Assembly: GCA_020891255.1 (NCBI GenBank)
Contig: BQFW01000007.1
Location: 1,054,001-1,118,000 of the forward strand
Source: Entomortierella parvispora E1425
Taxonomy: Eukaryota > Fungi > Mortierellomycota
DNA: 64,000 nucleotides
Reading direction: 5' to 3'
The position numbers and the translations under genes are program-made. This document shows positions 61,052 to 64,000 of the stretch, in pieces; position 1 is the stretch's first letter; the number at the start of each line of letters is the position of its first letter. The notes beneath the pieces are model-generated. The model did not search any database, was not told the DNA's origin, and worked only from the letters and a program-made list of their open reading frames with translations.

Positions 61052-61496
61052 GGGGGAGGAGTTGGATGAGAGCCGCGTTCGGAGGGTTTTATTACTGCGG
61101 GCAAAATGAGGGATGGAATGAGAGACAATGAGAGAAGAGAAGAGAAGAGGAGAGGGAGAGAAGAGAGAGAGAAGAGAGAGAGAAGGGAGAGAGAGAGAGA
61201 AAAGAAGAGAAGACAGAGAGGAGAAGGATGAGGCACGATGGCCAGGAAGGATGAAAGAGAACGAGAAGCGAAAGAACAAAAAGAAAAGGAAAAAGGAGCA
61301 GAAAGCACCAAGGACCATTGGACCCATTGTGGCGTGGGCGTGGCTTGTGCGACAGTGTCCTTTTTGCTTCTTTCTTTCTTTCTTTCTTCTTTCGTTCTGT
61401 CCATGGTTCTCTTGCTTCCTTCTTTCTTCGTTGGACTTGCACGCACGCACAGAAAGACGGACTCCCTTACCCTGCTCCACTCACACAGACCTTCTC

Positions 61497-64000
61497 ATGT
61501 GCGGCATTCTCTTTGGGATTCACCCAAGCGACATTCAGGGCAGGCCCATGCCCGATGCATATGCATCCACCTGGTCTGAGCTGCAGTTGCTCAACGCACG
61601 GAGAGGTTCGTCAGTCTGTCATATGTGGATTGACACAGCGCAATAGCATTGATCCACACGCGGGGGGAACGACTATCCTTACTTACTCCTTGTTCATATA
61701 GGCCCCAGTGCTCAGGATGTGCACCAGTTGACTGTATCCAATGTCAATGCTCACGATGCAGCCTGTGATCTGACCTTTTATGGCGCTGTGCTGCATCTTC
61801 GAGGAGACACTGTCGCACGCCAGCCTCATGTCTCTACTGCCGGAAACATTCTCCTCTGGAACGGCGAGATCTTTGACGGGATTGCAGTGGACCACCACCA
61901 GAACGATGGGCAGGTCCTTATGAGTTTACTGGAATCAATCTCTGAAGTGCACTCAGGCACACCATCGGATGCGGATCATACCAATGCCTTTCTGGAGATC
62001 ATGTCCAAGATCGAAGGACCGTATGCCTTTGTCTACTATCATGTAAGTCAAAGCTAGGCACGATGTCAAAAGAGAGAAGTACAGAGGCAAAAGCCCATTC
62101 CATAACATGCATAATGGGACAGACTCTAACAACATCTGTGTTCTCGACCTTCATTCTTCTAAACACAGGCGACAAGCCAGCGTTTGTTTTTTGGAAGAGA
62201 TTGTCTGGGAAGGCGATCATTACTTTGGCACAAGGAGAAGCAAGGCGAACATGGACTGGAGCTTCCCTTTCTCTTGACATCTGTCGGATACTCGTCATTC
62301 CGGAGTGACTTGATGCCATTGGATGAGGTGCCTGCGGATGGAATTTATTGCATGTCCCTGAAGACTGGCACCAACGAGAAGACTCTATCTCACTTCCCTT
62401 GGATCCCTTCAAGTGCCGTCGTCGATCGTCTCTCGTACAACATCTCCCTTGGCATGGTACAATTGATATTCTTGCTCAATAGTCTAATGTTGCTCAACAT
62501 CGTTTTTGGAAACTGATCTTTCTTATTTTTATGGTATCCATAGCCCTTGCCATTCGGAAAGGTGAACGACACTCTTCCAACACCAGATCAGCTCCCTGAA
62601 CCCTTTCCTGAAGATCTAAAGTTCAATTCCGCTCACCCCGAAGTGGTCCCGAAAATGACCAAGGACATGGAACAAGCTGTGGCAGATATGATTGAGGTCC
62701 TAGGCGATTCTGTTCGCAGAAGAGTTCAGGATATCCCAAGGACAGGGTAATAGATCTCATCTCGGAACGAGAAACAATTGAAATTGGAGAAAACGAGTTA
62801 TGTGGCATTTCACTAACCAGAAGATTTTCTTTTTATATTTTCGTTTCCTTTTTTTTTTTATAAATTGGACCAGCTTGATTCACGACGCTAGGGTAGGCAT
62901 CTTGTTCTCTGGCGGATTGGATTGCCTCTGTTTGGCTGCTTTGGCTGATAGATTTTTACCTGAGGGCGAAGCAATCGACTTGCTGAACGTTGGATTCGAG
63001 AATCCAAGATCTGAAAAGGCAAAGGCTGCCGAAGAGGCCTTGGCCCTGAAGCGACTCAAGAAACAACAACAAATTTCACAAAAGAAGGGATCAAACTCTT
63101 CCAATTCAAGTCAAGGCAGTAACACTACCTCAGTGGAGACCCCAGTAACGGTCTCTAGCTCGAAATTCAATGTTCCTGATAGAATGACGGGATATGAGAG
63201 TTTGGCAGAGCTGCGAAGGATAGCCCCCAATAGACACTGGAACTTTGTCGAGGTCAACATCCCATTCGAGGAGGCGACGGCGCAGAGGTATGAAATCTTG
63301 GAACGGATAGCCCCATTAGAAACTGTCATGGATCTGGTAGGCTATGAACTCGTCATGTTGGACCAGGAGTTCCATGAAGAAAAAAGTGTCTGATATTAAC
63401 CAGAAACTTTTTCTTGAATTGGTAGAGTATTGCGATGGCTTTTTGGTTTGCGTCAAGAGGAATCGGTCATATCAAGGATGCAGAGGGAAAGATTTCGCCA
63501 TACACTAGTCAGGCAAAGGTCCTGCTCTCGGGCCTTGGCGCAGATGAGCAACTTGGAGGATATTCCCGCCACAAAGACCACTTTGAAGCAGCCAGTTGGA
63601 AGGGACTTATTCACGAGCTTCAATTGGATCTCGACCGGATATCCACACGCAACCTCGGTACATTGATAGCTTGTTTAATTGTTCTTTTTGAAGATTCTCG
63701 CAGTGTATGATTATCTAACATTAACGGCAAAAAAACACATATATAGGTCGCGACGATCGTATCATTTCAGATCATGGTAAGGAAGCGCGATACCCATTCC
63801 TGAGCACCAACGTGGTCCGGTTTCTCAGCAACCTTCCAGTTCATCTCAAGGTCGATCTCCGGTACCCTCGTGGTGTGGGCGAGAAGATTTTGCTCCGCAA
63901 TGTGGCTAGAGCGCTAGGATTTGAGCGGGCCAGCACCCACTGGAAGCGAGCAGTCCAGTTTGGAGCTAGGACAGCAAAGATGACAGAGAGCGGCCGATCT
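61497..64000 (+). CDS. ASNSD1: Asparagine synthetase domain-containing protein 1 (3' end beyond the window)
   Basis: MCGI N-terminal nucleophile, [62 protein letters not shown] and RYPFL. Confidence 0.94.

Noticed and set aside
61052-61496. ASDURF-like upstream ORF, as in the human ASNSD1 bicistronic mRNA
   Set aside because: The interval is short, GA-repeat-rich promoter DNA with no prefoldin-like coiled-coil ORF or supporting splice sites.

Overview
Gene-dense, intron-rich eukaryotic DNA, most likely from an early-diverging fungus of the Mortierellomycotina type. This is inferred from an intron-less divergent H3/H4 pair, a retained CenH3 (lost in Mucorales), a cobalamin adenosyltransferase and an F-box/LRR-type family. 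I reconstructed about 33 loci by hand from splice signals. Most are housekeeping genes: eL33, APT1, MMAB, PRM10-like, CDC26, importin-7, PhyH, TES1, fidgetin-like, Rieske ISP, CenH3, POL31, DAG-kinase-like, H4/H3, BFR2, NOP10, APAH, VPS71, ACL4, SMARCD, NI9M, SEC27, an Smr nuclease and ASNSD1. Several are invisible in the ORF track because of micro-exons. The best oddities are: (1) a canonical intron in the histone H4 3'UTR, 53 nt after the stop; (2) a 15-20 kb accessory island with a decayed F-box gene, an ADP/ATP carrier paralog with a broken RRRMMM signature, and an F-box gene split by an ATGA stop/start overlap; (3) an intron-less CENP-B/pogo-derived DNA-binding protein lacking the DDE domain; (4) an ADF-H + PH domain protein with a perfect 4-tier G-quadruplex upstream; (5) an overlapping MCB + E2F/SCB site upstream of a POL31-CenH3 tandem; (6) a bacterial-type acetylpolyamine amidohydrolase. 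I recognised no tRNA, rRNA, CRISPR or intact transposon. All family assignments are by motif recognition, not database search. I found no single coherent new system I can support, and the cluster-level ideas are marked as inference.
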